The notes under the pieces were generated by a model that was given only the letters and a program-made list of their open reading frames with translations, was not told the origin of the DNA and made no database searches. The translations under genes and the position numbers were made by a program. From NCBI GenBank assembly GCA_963715335.1, contig CAVQRZ010000018.1:1-48311 (forward strand): a stretch of 48,311 bases of DNA. The letters run 5' to 3'. Numbering within the stretch: position 1 is the first letter of the stretch; the number at the start of each line of letters is the position of its first letter. Positions 26,379-36,938 of the stretch are shown in pieces. Source of the stretch: an uncultured delta proteobacterium. Its GTDB lineage: Bacteria > Desulfobacterota > Desulfuromonadia > Desulfuromonadales > BM103.

Positions 26379-27977
26379 ATGAAAATTACATCTGACTTTC
26401 TCGTTGTAGGCAGCGGCATCGCCGGACTCTGCTATGCGCTGACCGTTGCCGATCGCGGTCAGGTCGCATTAATTACAAAAAGAGAAATTGCAACGACCGC
26501 GACCAGGCTTGCCCAGGGCGGCATCGCAGCCGTGGCCAGTATGGACGACTCCTTCGAGCAGCACATGCAGGACACCATGGAGGCAGGAGCACTGTTGCCG
26601 GACCAGGAGGTTGTCCGCATGGTTGTCAAGAACGGGCCGTCAGCGATTGAAGCGCTGATCAACTGGGGAGTTCAGTTTTCACGCAACAACGACCAATCGT
26701 ATGACCTGACCCGTGAAGGCGGCCACAGCCAGAGAAGGATCTATCACGTCAAGGACGAGACCGGCAAAGAAATCGAACGGGCACTGGTTGAAGCGGTCCT
26801 GGCCCACCCCAACATCAGCGTCTATGAGAATCACACTGCGGTCGACCTGATCACCGAAGCCAAGGTCACCAGGCGCCGCATCAAACCGGACCGTTGTCTG
26901 GGCGTTTATGTTCTTAACCGTGAAACGGGCCAGGTCATCACCTTCGGCGCGCCGATCACCGTGATGGCAACCGGCGGTGCCGGCAAAGTCTACCTCTATA
27001 CCTGTAATCCGGACATCGCCACCGGTGATGGCATCGCCATGGCTTACCGGGCCGGGGCAACGATCGCCAACATGGAGTTCATGCAGTTCCACCCCACCAC
27101 CCTCTTCCACCCACACGCCAAGAGTTTCCTCATCTCGGAGGCCGTACGCGGCGAAGGCGCCATCCTGAGGCGACGTGACGGGGCTGCGTTCATGGCGGAC
27201 TACCATCAACTGAAAGACCTGGCTCCCAGAGACATCGTCGCCCGTGCGATCGATAACGAAATGAAGACACATGGTGACGACTGCGTATTCCTCGACATCA
27301 CGCACAAATCGGCAGGGTACATCACTGACCGTTTCCCCTACATCCACGAGACCTGTCTTGCTTACGGTATCGACATGACCAAACAGCCGATCCCCGTCGT
27401 GCCGGCAGCACACTACCTCTGCGGTGGAATCAAGATCGATTCGTGGGGAGAGACTGATATCACAAACCTTTTTGCCATCGGCGAAGTCTCCAGCAGCGGC
27501 CTGCATGGAGCCAATCGACTCGCCAGCAACAGCCTGCTCGAAGGTGTAGTGTTCGCCAAGCGTGCTGCGGAACGCTCAATTGCGCTCAAGGAAGAAAGAC
27601 TGCCGCCCTGCCCGACCATAGAATCCTGGGATCCCGGCAGCGCCAGGGACAGTGATGAAGAGGTCGTGGTTGCCCACAACTGGCACGAGATACGTCTCTG
27701 CATGTGGAACTATGTCGGGATCGTCCGTTCCGACAAAAGACTTGTCAGGGCTCTGCGTCGCGTGCAGATGATCCAGGAAGAGATTGCCGACTATTACTGG
27801 GACTTCCTGATCACATCTGACCTCATCGAATTACGCAACATTGCCACGGTTGCCGAGCTGATCATCCGTTGCGCACTCAAACGCAAGGAAAGCCGCGGCC
27901 TGCATTACAACATCAACCACCTTGAAACAGATGATATCCACTGGAAACAGGACACCCTGATCAGGAAAGTCTACTAG
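26379..27977 (+). CDS. nadB: L-aspartate oxidase
   Basis: VVGSGIAGL, AQGGIA, REGGHS, MEFMQFHPT, LISEAVRGEG, GLHGANRLASNSLLEG and ESRGLH motifs. Confidence 0.96.
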   Translation: MKITSDFLVVGSGIAGLCYALTVADRGQVALITKREIATTATRLAQGGIAAVASMDDSFEQHMQDTMEAGALLPDQEVVRMVVKNGPSAIEALINWGVQFSRNNDQSYDLTREGGHSQRRIYHVKDETGKEIERALVEAVLAHPNISVYENHTAVDLITEAKVTRRRIKPDRCLGVYVLNRETGQVITFGAPITVMATGGAGKVYLYTCNPDIATGDGIAMAYRAGATIANMEFMQFHPTTLFHPHAKSFLISEAVRGEGAILRRRDGAAFMADYHQLKDLAPRDIVARAIDNEMKTHGDDCVFLDITHKSAGYITDRFPYIHETCLAYGIDMTKQPIPVVPAAHYLCGGIKIDSWGETDITNLFAIGEVSSSGLHGANRLASNSLLEGVVFAKRAAERSIALKEERLPPCPTIESWDPGSARDSDEEVVVAHNWHEIRLCMWNYVGIVRSDKRLVRALRRVQMIQEEIADYYWDFLITSDLIELRNIATVAELIIRCALKRKESRGLHYNINHLETDDIHWKQDTLIRKVY

Positions 27978-28016
27978 CACTGCCGCACCTGGACTTCTGC
28001 CACCCTGGAGAGACTT

Positions 28017-28289
28017 GTGACAATTGACGATTACCGTAGAGAGATCAACCGCCTGGACAGTGAGTTGCTGCGCATTTTCAATGAACGCGCCGCGCTGGCA
28101 CTGAAAATCGGCGAGATCAAGAAACAGCACGGGATTCCGGTTTACGATCCGGAACGTGAAAAGAGGATTTTCGAAACCATGTCCAACGCCAACCCGGGAC
28201 CGTTGGAGAATGATGCCATTACCAGGCTTTTTGAGAGGGTTATCGACGAGTCCCGTCGCCTTGAACGTATTCGCACGAAAGGTATCTAG
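28017..28289 (+). CDS. monofunctional chorismate mutase (AroQ)
   Basis: IDDYRREINRLD...RAALALKIGEIK...VYDPEREKRI. Confidence 0.9.
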   Translation: MTIDDYRREINRLDSELLRIFNERAALALKIGEIKKQHGIPVYDPEREKRIFETMSNANPGPLENDAITRLFERVIDESRRLERIRTKGI

Positions 28290-28291
28290 AA

Positions 28292-28501
28292 ATGTTGATT
28301 GTCATGAAAAAGGGCGCCGGCGAGGACCAACTGCGCAACGTCAAACAGTACCTGGTTGACCACGACTATGACTTCCACCAGTCAACCGGCGCCAATCGCA
28401 CCATAATCGGCGTTATCGGCGACACCGCGACAGTCAATCGTGCCGAGCTGGAAAGCCAGCCGGGCGTGCACGTTATTTTCAAGATCCCGGAAGAAGGCTA
28501 A
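28292..28501 (+). CDS. stand-alone DAHP-synthase ferredoxin-like (ACT-like) regulatory domain
   Basis: MLIVMKKGA...HQSTGANRTIIGVIGD...PGV matches the N-terminal domain pattern of type I-beta DAHP synthases; no catalytic domain follows. Confidence 0.75.
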   Translation: MLIVMKKGAGEDQLRNVKQYLVDHDYDFHQSTGANRTIIGVIGDTATVNRAELESQPGVHVIFKIPEEG

Positions 28502-28520
28502 CGTCGATAAAGCTCGGGGG

Positions 28521-29606
28521 TTAATTATCGATTGCAGTCAAGACCTGCCTGACAACCAACGCTCCCTGCTCCCAGGCACCCTGCTTCCATGCATCATCGT
28601 CAGGATAGAACGTCTTCAGGAGCTGCTGTTTGATCCCTGCTGCGTGCGGATGATTCTCCCCGGCGTGCTGGAACAACCAGTTTTCCTCCCTGAGAGCCTT
28701 GAATACTTCCGGCGGCGGCGAAGTGCCGAACTCCAGCCCGACCGCCGTGACCTCCGCTCCGGCGAGTATTCTGGAAAAAGCTGACTTGACGGTTCCGGAC
28801 AGGTGAGAGGAGACCGACTCTCCGCTCACTGTCGTTTTGACCCGCTCTGCTCCCCACCATGCAATGGCCCTCTGGTACGCAGGGTCCTGTTCGGGGTCGC
28901 TCATGACGATCTCGCCCTGACCATACTGGCCCAACCCTGTATGCAGATCAATCACAACGGCCCGTTTCGCACCGCCAAGGTAGCGGGCTATGATCTCGTG
29001 TAATGTCCGGTTGGACCAGGTTGCGAAGCGTCCGCCAAAGAACAATCCATCCGGGTCGGTGTATTGCCCTTGAGTTACGGCCTGCTGGAGTTTTTCGCTG
29101 CCGCGGGTGAGACGAAACCAGAGGAATCTCAGCGCCGCCCGGATATTTGCCGGGGCAGAAATTGATCGGGGTGCAATCACCCTGGAGAGTCTTTCGTATT
29201 CCCTGTTGGCCGGGTAAGGCTTGTCGTGATTGATGAAGTTCCGGTTCAGATCGATATTATCTTCGTTGGCCCTTCTCAGGAAGGCAAACCCGTAGGGGTT
29301 GAGAGCGTGGACCATCACGAGACGGGTGTTCGAACCCAAGGCTTCGGCGAGGTTCTCGGAGAGAAGACCGACCTGGATTCCAGACCCGGCAAAGCCCTCA
29401 ACACCGTGCGTCCCGGATATCACCAGCAAGACGTTTTCTGCGCCCACCGATCCAAGACAGGCGACATCGGTAAACAGCCCTGCCCCACCGACTCCGGAAC
29501 ATGAATTCTCAAAGCTGGCGACCTCGGCATCTGCAACCCTTGCCGCGGTGATAAACTTCTGGCGTGCCTGTTGATAATTAACCGAGAAGGGATGAGGCGT
29601 TGTCAT
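28521..29606 (-). CDS. DUF2817 / M14-family metallocarboxypeptidase-like protein
   Basis: SGTHGVEGFAGS, HALNPYGF, RRANEDNIDLNRNF, IDLHTGLG and LEFGT motifs. Confidence 0.85.
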   Translation of the reverse strand: MTTPHPFSVNYQQARQKFITAARVADAEVASFENSCSGVGGAGLFTDVACLGSVGAENVLLVISGTHGVEGFAGSGIQVGLLSENLAEALGSNTRLVMVHALNPYGFAFLRRANEDNIDLNRNFINHDKPYPANREYERLSRVIAPRSISAPANIRAALRFLWFRLTRGSEKLQQAVTQGQYTDPDGLFFGGRFATWSNRTLHEIIARYLGGAKRAVVIDLHTGLGQYGQGEIVMSDPEQDPAYQRAIAWWGAERVKTTVSGESVSSHLSGTVKSAFSRILAGAEVTAVGLEFGTSPPPEVFKALREENWLFQHAGENHPHAAGIKQQLLKTFYPDDDAWKQGAWEQGALVVRQVLTAIDN

Positions 29607-29792
29607 ATGCACACTTTCATTCTCTAACCAGCCTGTGTTTCTCAATCTGCCAGGTAAACACACAAGACCGCTCAACTAACGCACCGCACTGGCAAGGTGC
29701 GCTGCGGACTGAAGGCAAAAAAAACCGGGTGAAGCAGGTAATTACCCGTTTCATCCCGGCTCAATACCCCGATCATTGCCGTTGTCTACAAT

Positions 29793-30203
29793 TTACATGC
29801 TGCCCATAATCTGGGTGACTTCCTGGGCCAGTTCGGCGCAGGGAGTCACGACTATTTCCTTGCCGGCAATATTTAACTTGTAGCGTTGCGCATCCTGGTT
29901 CTGAATATATGCATCACGAAACTGTTCGTTCAGTCTCTGAATTCTTATCTGCTCCAGCCCTTTTTCCTTGGCGGCTGCAACGAAGCTTTGCACTTCGCCA
30001 CCTTCGATTATGGCCACACCAAACTTTTTCGGCGGCTTGCCAATGAAAACATAAGCCTGGCCGTCAGCCGGAACGACCTCGAGCGGGTCTGACACCTGGC
30101 TCATTAGAGTCTTTAACGGCTCCTTAACTGCGTTGATTTGCCCCGCTACGGGGCTGTCAGCTCCAAGTTCCGGATAATCCACTTTCTTACTAAAAAAACC
30201 CAT
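29793..30203 (-). CDS. hypothetical protein
   Basis: 136-aa ORF with an AAGGAGG RBS; downstream hairpin plus U-tract at about 29717-29760. Confidence 0.75.
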   Translation of the reverse strand: MGFFSKKVDYPELGADSPVAGQINAVKEPLKTLMSQVSDPLEVVPADGQAYVFIGKPPKKFGVAIIEGGEVQSFVAAAKEKGLEQIRIQRLNEQFRDAYIQNQDAQRYKLNIAGKEIVVTPCAELAQEVTQIMGSM

Positions 30204-30312
30204 ATTTCCTCCTTCTGGTTAAAGACGGGGCAGAATATGTGGTCAGGTTAACAAGGAATCCAGATAATTTCAAGCTAATGGCCTTGCGGAGATATTTTCA
30301 CAAAGCAGAGTC

Positions 30313-30783
30313 TCATGGCAGACTGTCAAAGTATGCTTGACCATCCATATCACTAGCCACACCACGATAGCCGAAAGAAAAGCCTTTGATGCTTTCGTTG
30401 ACTTTAAAAGGTACATTGAATGTGAATTTGTCTTCCGTACTGATCAGAAAAGCCGGGATTTCAACTGTTTCGAGAACGACCGCATCCGCATCAAGCAGGA
30501 AGAGGTAGACACGCATTGTTCTGACCCTATTGTACATCATCTGGTAATGCTGGCTGAGTTCCCCCTGCCCTGATATCTCAATCAGCCCGCCACTTACCGC
30601 ATAAGTATAATTGATCGTCACGTCAAAGGTTTGCCAGGTTCCTGCTGCATTCTCAGCTTTCTGGAATTCTATGATCGGTGCCGAGGTTACCGGTTTGCCG
30701 ATATACAATTCTGAAGTCGGGACACATCCGGTTAATGCAAAGATCAGGCAAAATAATGCAACAACAAGTGTTTTCATTTTCAT
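30313..30783 (-). CDS. hypothetical lipoprotein
   Basis: MKMKTLVVALFCLIFALTG-C lipobox; AGGAGG upstream. Confidence 0.75.
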   Translation of the reverse strand: MKMKTLVVALFCLIFALTGCVPTSELYIGKPVTSAPIIEFQKAENAAGTWQTFDVTINYTYAVSGGLIEISGQGELSQHYQMMYNRVRTMRVYLFLLDADAVVLETVEIPAFLISTEDKFTFNVPFKVNESIKGFSFGYRGVASDMDGQAYFDSLP

Positions 30784-30824
30784 CTGTTTGTAGGCCTCCT
30801 TTACCCATGCTTCCATTATAAACG

Positions 30825-30854
30825 AAAACAGGGATGCGTCACCGCATCCCTGTT
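30825..30854 (-). terminator. terminator after pyrE
   Basis: AACAGGGATGCG-TCAC-CGCATCCCTGTT hairpin. Confidence 0.8.
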
Positions 30855-30875
30855 AAAAAATATCTGAATAAGTTC

Positions 30876-31433
30876 TCAGCCGACGACTTCAGATCGGGTG
30901 AAAACCGATCTGAGAACCTGGCCCTGGCCTTCAATATTCTCCCGGGCACCTTCTTCACGGTCAACGAGGGTAATGATTCCGGCAACCTCCAGGCCTTCCT
31001 GCTGCGCCCGATCGACCGCCTTCATGGAAGACCCGCCGGTCGTGGTCACATCTTCGACTATGACGACACGTGACCCGGGCGGCAGGTTCTTGCGTCCTTC
31101 AAGCCATTGCCCCGTGCCGTGACCTTTCGGTTCCTTACGGATGATAAAGGCATGCACTGGGTTGCCTTCCAGGTTGGCGGCGATCGAAGTTGCCGTCGCA
31201 ATCGGATCGGCCCCCATGGTCAGGCCGCCGACACCGTGAACCGGCCCGTCAAAGGTTTTGACGATCTCCCAGAAGGCTTTACCCACCAACAGGCCGCCCC
31301 TGGCGTGCAGTGCAGTCTGCTTGCCGTCAAAGTAGAAGTTACTCTTACGTCCTGAGGCCAGAGTGACCTCGCGCTCTTCGTACGACAACTCGCGGACGAT
31401 CTGCATCAATTCGTTACGTTCCTGATCCGTCAT
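30876..31433 (-). CDS. pyrE: orotate phosphoribosyltransferase
   Basis: TLASGRKSNFYFD, RKEPKGHG and VVIVEDVTTTGGS (PRPP-binding) motifs. Confidence 0.95.
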   Translation of the reverse strand: MTDQERNELMQIVRELSYEEREVTLASGRKSNFYFDGKQTALHARGGLLVGKAFWEIVKTFDGPVHGVGGLTMGADPIATATSIAANLEGNPVHAFIIRKEPKGHGTGQWLEGRKNLPPGSRVVIVEDVTTTGGSSMKAVDRAQQEGLEVAGIITLVDREEGARENIEGQGQVLRSVFTRSEVVG

Positions 31434-31456
31434 CAAAGCTCTCCTTCAATTAAACA

Positions 31457-31543
31457 GTAAAATGTGAAATGTGAAATGTGAATAGTTGCTAAGTAAGAGG
31501 CCGTCAAATAGACCTTTTTTACTTATTAATTTTTCCTTTTCAC
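31457..31543. repeat. palindromic heptamer-repeat element (GTGAAAT type)
   Basis: GTAAAAT GTGAAAT GTGAAAT GTGAATA left arm; degenerate inverted arm ending TTTTTCC TTTTCAC. Confidence 0.7.
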
Positions 31544-31551
31544 AGCCTCTT

Positions 31552-32961
31552 TTAAAACAGGCCCAACTGGCGATCCGCCTTCAAGCGCGGAAATTTTACA
31601 GGGTAGTCGCCACTGAAACAGGCATCACAGAAATAACGTTTCTGGGCTTCAACCGGTACGCCGGCTGCGGCGAGCATCCCTTCCCGACTCAGGTAACCGA
31701 TCGAATCAGAGGTAATGTAGCGGCTGATTTCATCAATCGTATGTGAGGACGAGATCAGTTCCTTGCGGGACGGCGTATCAATCCCGTAATAACAAGGGAA
31801 GCTGGTCGGCGGACTCGAGAGTCGCATATGAACCTCGCGTGCTCCGGCGGCACGGATCATTTTAACTATTTTGCGTGCCGTGGTGCCGCGTACCAGCGAG
31901 TCATCGACAACCACAACCCGTTTGCCCTCTATGACATCGCGAACGGGATTGAGTTTCAGCTTGACGCCGAAATGCCGGATCGACTGCTGCGGCTCGATAA
32001 AGGTACGGCCAACGTAATGGTTCCGAATCAGGCCAAGTTCGAAGGGGATGCCGGACTCTTCCGCATAACCGATCGTCGCCGGCACACCTGAGTCGGGGAC
32101 GGCAATGACAACATCAGCATCAACACTGTGTTCTCTGGCCAGCTGTCTCCCCAACTCCTTGCGAACCCGGTAAACCTGCTCGCCAAAAATAATGCTGTCG
32201 GGACGGGCGAAGTAAACAAATTCAAAGATACAGGGGGAAGGCTGGGTCTCTTTGAAGGGCCGGAAGGATTTCAGGCCGTGCTTGTCGATAAGGATCATCT
32301 CGCCAGGCTCTATTTCGCGGATAAACTCGGCCTCAATCAGGTCAAATGCACAGGTTTCAGAGGCAACCACATACCCCTCTCCGAGTTTGCCAAGCGCCAG
32401 CGGGCGGAAGCCGTTCGGGTCGCGGGCGGCGACCATGCGGGTCTCGGTGAGGAAAAGGATGCTGTAGGCGCCTTTGACGGCCATCAGGGCTTCTGCAACG
32501 CGATCTGCCAACAGGTCACTCTGCGATTTAGCGAGCAAATGAACCAGGACTTCCGTGTCGGATGTGGTGGAAAAAATCGACCCGGCATGCTCGAGGTTAT
32601 TACGGATTTCCTGGGCGTTGACCAGGTTGCCGTTATGCGCAACGGCGATGCTGCCGCGTGAATAATCGACCATGATCGGCTGGATGTTCTTGAAGTCGCT
32701 ACTGCCGGCCGTTGAGTAACGGACGTGGCCGATCGCATTGCGCCCGGGCAGGCCATCGAAGATCGAATCGCGCTTGAAGACATCGGAGACTAACCCCATG
32801 TTGCGATAAGCGTGCAGGTTTGTGCCGTCTCCGGAAACAATGCCGCAGCTTTCCTGACCACGGTGCTGCAGAGCATAAAGACCAAGATAGGTCAGATTGG
32901 CGGCTTCCGGATGTCCGTAAACCCCGAAAACGCCGCATTCATCCTGAAACTTGTCGAACAT
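31552..32961 (-). CDS. purF: amidophosphoribosyltransferase
   Basis: [26 protein letters not shown] and [10 protein letters not shown] motifs; Fe-S cysteines (CDACF). Confidence 0.97.
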   Translation of the reverse strand: MFDKFQDECGVFGVYGHPEAANLTYLGLYALQHRGQESCGIVSGDGTNLHAYRNMGLVSDVFKRDSIFDGLPGRNAIGHVRYSTAGSSDFKNIQPIMVDYSRGSIAVAHNGNLVNAQEIRNNLEHAGSIFSTTSDTEVLVHLLAKSQSDLLADRVAEALMAVKGAYSILFLTETRMVAARDPNGFRPLALGKLGEGYVVASETCAFDLIEAEFIREIEPGEMILIDKHGLKSFRPFKETQPSPCIFEFVYFARPDSIIFGEQVYRVRKELGRQLAREHSVDADVVIAVPDSGVPATIGYAEESGIPFELGLIRNHYVGRTFIEPQQSIRHFGVKLKLNPVRDVIEGKRVVVVDDSLVRGTTARKIVKMIRAAGAREVHMRLSSPPTSFPCYYGIDTPSRKELISSSHTIDEISRYITSDSIGYLSREGMLAAAGVPVEAQKRYFCDACFSGDYPVKFPRLKADRQLGLF

Positions 32962-33007
32962 ATGGGCTAAATTCTCCACGCTGCATGAATAGTTTTATAA
33001 AAGTGTT

Positions 33008-33075
33008 CGGTGGTCCGTGACCAGCAATGAGTCGTCAACGTCGCAGCCGGTTAGTCGCTAGTTACGGGTCACGGA
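33008..33075. repeat. degenerate palindromic heptamer-periodic element (CCGTGAC type)
   Basis: TCCGTGACC (33014-33022) / GGTCACGGA (33067-33075) inverted repeat with 7-nt periodic arms (TAGTCGC TAGTTAC GGGTCAC). Confidence 0.55.
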
Positions 33076-33079
33076 GAAA

Positions 33080-33907
33080 TCACAATAAATTGTCGCGAAT
33101 ATAATCGACTGCGTTCTTGTAGAGCCATAGCCCCATACCCTCTTCAGGCAAATCGGGCTCTCTGGTCCAGCGCGGATGATGGGTCCGGTGCAGATAGGCT
33201 TCCGGATGAGGCATCAGGCCAAACAGCCGTCCGGTCTCGTCACAAACCCCGGCGATAGCGGCAACCGAACCATTCGGGTTCAGCGGATAATCCATCACCG
33301 GCGCTTTGTAGCTGGCATCGCAGTATTTTACAACGGCCAGGTGCTTTCCTTCAATCTGTGCCAGAATCCGGTCGTTTTGCACGACAAACTTGCCTTCACC
33401 GTGGCGAACCGGCAAGTAGATGCCTTCGAGTCCACGGGTGAACACGCAGGGAGACTCCTTGTCTACCTTGAGATAGCACCAGCGGTCCTCGAAGCGGCCG
33501 CCGTCGTTGAAGGTCAAGGTCGCCGACTGGTTGCGGTAATCCCGGTCGAGGGCCGGCAGCAGGCCCATCTTGGTCATCAACTGGAAGCCGTTGCAGACAC
33601 CCATAATCAGCTTGCCGTCGGCAATGAACCGCTGGATCTGATCGGCCAGCGAATCCTGGCTGTTACAGACTGCGGCGCGCTTAAGACGATTGGCGCCGGC
33701 CTTGGCGCTGCCAAGGTCGTCGCCGTCGAGAAATCCGCCTGCCAGGTTAAGAAAATGATAGTCGTCGAGCCTGGCTCGACCGGCGAGCAGTTCGGCAATG
33801 TGGACAATATCGCATGCGGCGCCGGCCAGTTCACAGGCAGTGGCTACTTCGCGTTCGCAGTTGGTGCCGTTGCCGGCAACAACAATGGCTTTGACTGTCT
33901 TGGCCAT
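33080..33907 (-). CDS. purQ: FGAM synthase glutaminase subunit
   Basis: GTNCERE, GGFLDGD, GVCNGFQ, HGEG and MPHPE motifs. Confidence 0.95.
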   Translation of the reverse strand: MAKTVKAIVVAGNGTNCEREVATACELAGAACDIVHIAELLAGRARLDDYHFLNLAGGFLDGDDLGSAKAGANRLKRAAVCNSQDSLADQIQRFIADGKLIMGVCNGFQLMTKMGLLPALDRDYRNQSATLTFNDGGRFEDRWCYLKVDKESPCVFTRGLEGIYLPVRHGEGKFVVQNDRILAQIEGKHLAVVKYCDASYKAPVMDYPLNPNGSVAAIAGVCDETGRLFGLMPHPEAYLHRTHHPRWTREPDLPEEGMGLWLYKNAVDYIRDNLL

Positions 33908-33909
33908 AT

Positions 33910-36894
33910 TTACATCTCCTTCAACGGCGCCTGCCATGCCGCTTTCAGATCATCGATAGGGGTAATCGCCAACGGCCTGCCACAGACACCGGTAATGCGC
34001 AGATCGCCGGCTGCAGTCACCTCGCCGATACGACCGCAGCTTTGGCCGGCAAACAGCACCTCGAACGCTTCCTGTTGCTCCGGCTTGACAGTGACCAGCA
34101 GTCGACTGGCAGATTCGGAGAAAAGCCGTGTCGCATCGCTCAGCCCCTGAGGGGCATCGATCTTGTCAAGAGAGACGTCGATCCCGAGCCCTCCGGCAAA
34201 AGCGGTTTCGGCCAGCGCCACCGCCAGGCCGCCATCCGAGAGATCGTGACAGGAGGCAATCAATCCCTGCTGCTGTGCTGCGTTGACGGTGCGGTAGCGC
34301 AGCATGGCGCCTGGCGCATCAACCTTCGGCACATTGGCGCCCAGTTCGCCATGCAGCGCATAATATTCTGAGCCACCGAGTTCGTCTTCCGTCCGACCGA
34401 GAAGATAGACCAGGTCGCCGGCACGCTTGGCGTCCATGGTCGTTGCCTGGCGAACATCATCGATCCTGCCGATTACCGAAAATAACAAGGTCGGCGGAAT
34501 CGATATCTTGGTGTCGCCGATATGGTAATCGTTCTTCATTGAGTCCTTACCGGAAATCAGCGGGACATTGAAGGCCAGGCAATACTCGTAGAGAGCCTGG
34601 TTCGAGCGGACCAGCTGAGCCGCCTTGTACTCGCCATCTGGAGTTTTTTCACTTTTGACAGGATCGCACCAGCAGAAATTGTCGAGCCCGGCGACATGAT
34701 CGATGTTGCCACCCACACAGACATAGTTGCGCAGCGCCTCATCGATGGCGTTGGCGGTCATGTGCCAGGTATCGAGATCGGAAAAGCGCGGGCAGATGCC
34801 ATGGGCGGTCACAACACCATCAAAACGGTCTGCAAGAGGTCGAATCACTGCCGCATCCGAGGGACCGTCATTGACGACACCAGTGAGCGGCTTGACCACT
34901 GTCCCGGCTTGAACCTCGTGGTCGTAACGACGCACCACGCTCTCTTTCGAACAGATATTGAGACTGCCGAGCAGTTGTTTGATGGTCGATTCAATGTCCG
35001 GCGACGGCAACTCCGGCTCACGCGTCTGCGGCGGCACCCAGCGCGCAGGGATCCGCAACTGCGGCACCCCTTTGTGCAGGAACTCCATCGGCAGCCAGGT
35101 GACGGTTTTGCCCTGATAGAGGCAGTGGTAATAGCCAGAATCGGTGAACCGGCCAAGGTCGGTTGCTTCGACATCCATCTCGGCAGCCAGGGTCATAAAT
35201 GCCTCGAGTTTGTCAGGCGGCACGGCGACGGTCATCCGCTCTTGCGCTTCGGAAATCAGGATTTCCCAGGGCTGCAGACCGTTGTACTTGAGCGGAGCCC
35301 GATCCAGGTGCAGCTCGAAACCGTTGGTGTCTTCCGCCATCTCGCCGACCGACGACGACAAGCCACCGGCACCGTTGTCGGTGATTGAATTGTAAAGGCC
35401 TCGATCACGGGCGATAATCAGAAAATCAAACATTCTTCTCTGGGTGATCGGGTCGCCGATCTGCACCGCAGTCACAGGCGATCCTTCGTGAAGCTCCTCA
35501 GAGGAGAAGGTGGCGCCGTGGATGCCGTCCTTGCCAATGCGTCCCCCTGTCATAACGATGCGGTCGCCGATCAAGGCCTGTTTTTCATGACAGGGGCGAC
35601 CGTTGAGCTTGGCCGGCATGATCGAACCGGTGCCACAGTAAACCAGCGGCTTGCCGGCAAAACGCTCGTCAAAAACCAGTGAACCATTGACGGTCGGGAT
35701 ACCGCTCTTGTTGCCGCCGTGTTCAACGCCTTCGACCACACCCTCAAAGATGCGGCGTGGATGCAGCAGTCGGGGCGGCAATGGCTTGTCATAGAATGGA
35801 GAGGCGAAGCAGAAGACATCGGTGTTGAACATCAGTCGCGCACCCATACCGGTACCGAACGAGTCCCGGTTGACGCCGACGATGCCGGTCAGGGCGCCGC
35901 CGTACGGGTCAAGGGCGCTCGGGGAATTATGGGTCTCAACTTTGAAGACAATGCTCCAGTCATCGGTGAAACGGATAACGCCGGCGTTATCCTTGAACAC
36001 GGAGAGGCAGATGTCATTCTCCCCGGCCCGCTCCCGGATATCACTGGTGGCACGCATGATGTAGCTCTTGAACAGCGAATCGATGGTCTGCTTTTGACCT
36101 GTCGTGGTGTCCTCGTAATCTATTTGCGCAGCAAAGATCTTGTGCTTGCAGTGTTCGCTCCAGGTCTGCGCCAGAGCTTCAAGCTCACAGTCAGTCAGTT
36201 GTGCACCAAGGCCGACTGCCTTGCGACTGGCCAGGACTTGCGGGTCGGCAACATAACCCTGGATGATCTTCATCTCTGTCAGGGTAAGCGCGAGCATCCC
36301 GTCTTTGCTGATCTGGACCAGTTCATCATCGTCAACGTCAAGGTCGATCTCGCGGACCTTAACCTGGTGGCTGCCGACATCGACTTTCGGCACGACCATC
36401 GGCAAGCCCCGTTCGCGATCAAATTCACCGGCCGGAACAATCGTCCAGCGCTGGATCAGACCGTTGGCGAGAAAGCCTGAGGCAATCCGTTCAGCGGCGG
36501 CAGCATCAACTTCCCCGCTGAGCAGGTACTGGACCGAAGTGTAAACCGCCTCGGACCTGGCGAAGGGGCGCCCGGTGATGTACTGGATCGCTTCGCGTGC
36601 CGTTCGGCCGGAGTTGTCCGTGACGCCCGGGCGGAAGCCGACTTCAATCAGCACATCAAAGTCGTGGGCCAGCGGTTTGTTGACCGCGTAGTCCTGGATC
36701 ACCGGATCACTGAACGGGCCGGCGGCAGCAGCGGCAACTTCGTCGGCCGTAAGCTGTGCATCAACCGTGTACACATCCAGGGTGCGGACTGAATGCAGTT
36801 CAATGCCAAGATGCTCGCGAATTTCTCGCTTCACCCGCTCTCCGCGCGCGTCTCGGACGTTATCTTTAAGACCGACTACAATTCGCCAGGCCAT
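33910..36894 (-). CDS. purL: FGAM synthase subunit PurL with an N-terminal PurS-like extension
   Basis: QTWSEHCKHK, KVETHNSPSA, DNGAGG, SEAQERM, ISGKDS and HDLSDGG motifs; about 180-aa N-terminal extension. Confidence 0.95.
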   Translation of the reverse strand: MAWRIVVGLKDNVRDARGERVKREIREHLGIELHSVRTLDVYTVDAQLTADEVAAAAAGPFSDPVIQDYAVNKPLAHDFDVLIEVGFRPGVTDNSGRTAREAIQYITGRPFARSEAVYTSVQYLLSGEVDAAAAERIASGFLANGLIQRWTIVPAGEFDRERGLPMVVPKVDVGSHQVKVREIDLDVDDDELVQISKDGMLALTLTEMKIIQGYVADPQVLASRKAVGLGAQLTDCELEALAQTWSEHCKHKIFAAQIDYEDTTTGQKQTIDSLFKSYIMRATSDIRERAGENDICLSVFKDNAGVIRFTDDWSIVFKVETHNSPSALDPYGGALTGIVGVNRDSFGTGMGARLMFNTDVFCFASPFYDKPLPPRLLHPRRIFEGVVEGVEHGGNKSGIPTVNGSLVFDERFAGKPLVYCGTGSIMPAKLNGRPCHEKQALIGDRIVMTGGRIGKDGIHGATFSSEELHEGSPVTAVQIGDPITQRRMFDFLIIARDRGLYNSITDNGAGGLSSSVGEMAEDTNGFELHLDRAPLKYNGLQPWEILISEAQERMTVAVPPDKLEAFMTLAAEMDVEATDLGRFTDSGYYHCLYQGKTVTWLPMEFLHKGVPQLRIPARWVPPQTREPELPSPDIESTIKQLLGSLNICSKESVVRRYDHEVQAGTVVKPLTGVVNDGPSDAAVIRPLADRFDGVVTAHGICPRFSDLDTWHMTANAIDEALRNYVCVGGNIDHVAGLDNFCWCDPVKSEKTPDGEYKAAQLVRSNQALYEYCLAFNVPLISGKDSMKNDYHIGDTKISIPPTLLFSVIGRIDDVRQATTMDAKRAGDLVYLLGRTEDELGGSEYYALHGELGANVPKVDAPGAMLRYRTVNAAQQQGLIASCHDLSDGGLAVALAETAFAGGLGIDVSLDKIDAPQGLSDATRLFSESASRLLVTVKPEQQEAFEVLFAGQSCGRIGEVTAAGDLRITGVCGRPLAITPIDDLKAAWQAPLKEM

Positions 36895-36938
36895 CACTAC
36901 TCCTCTTGCAAATAGACCGAAATCAAAACAAACTTATA

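Noticed and set aside
33176..36544. Several long plus-strand ORFs over purQ and purL
   Set aside because: Antisense shadows of well-supported genes.
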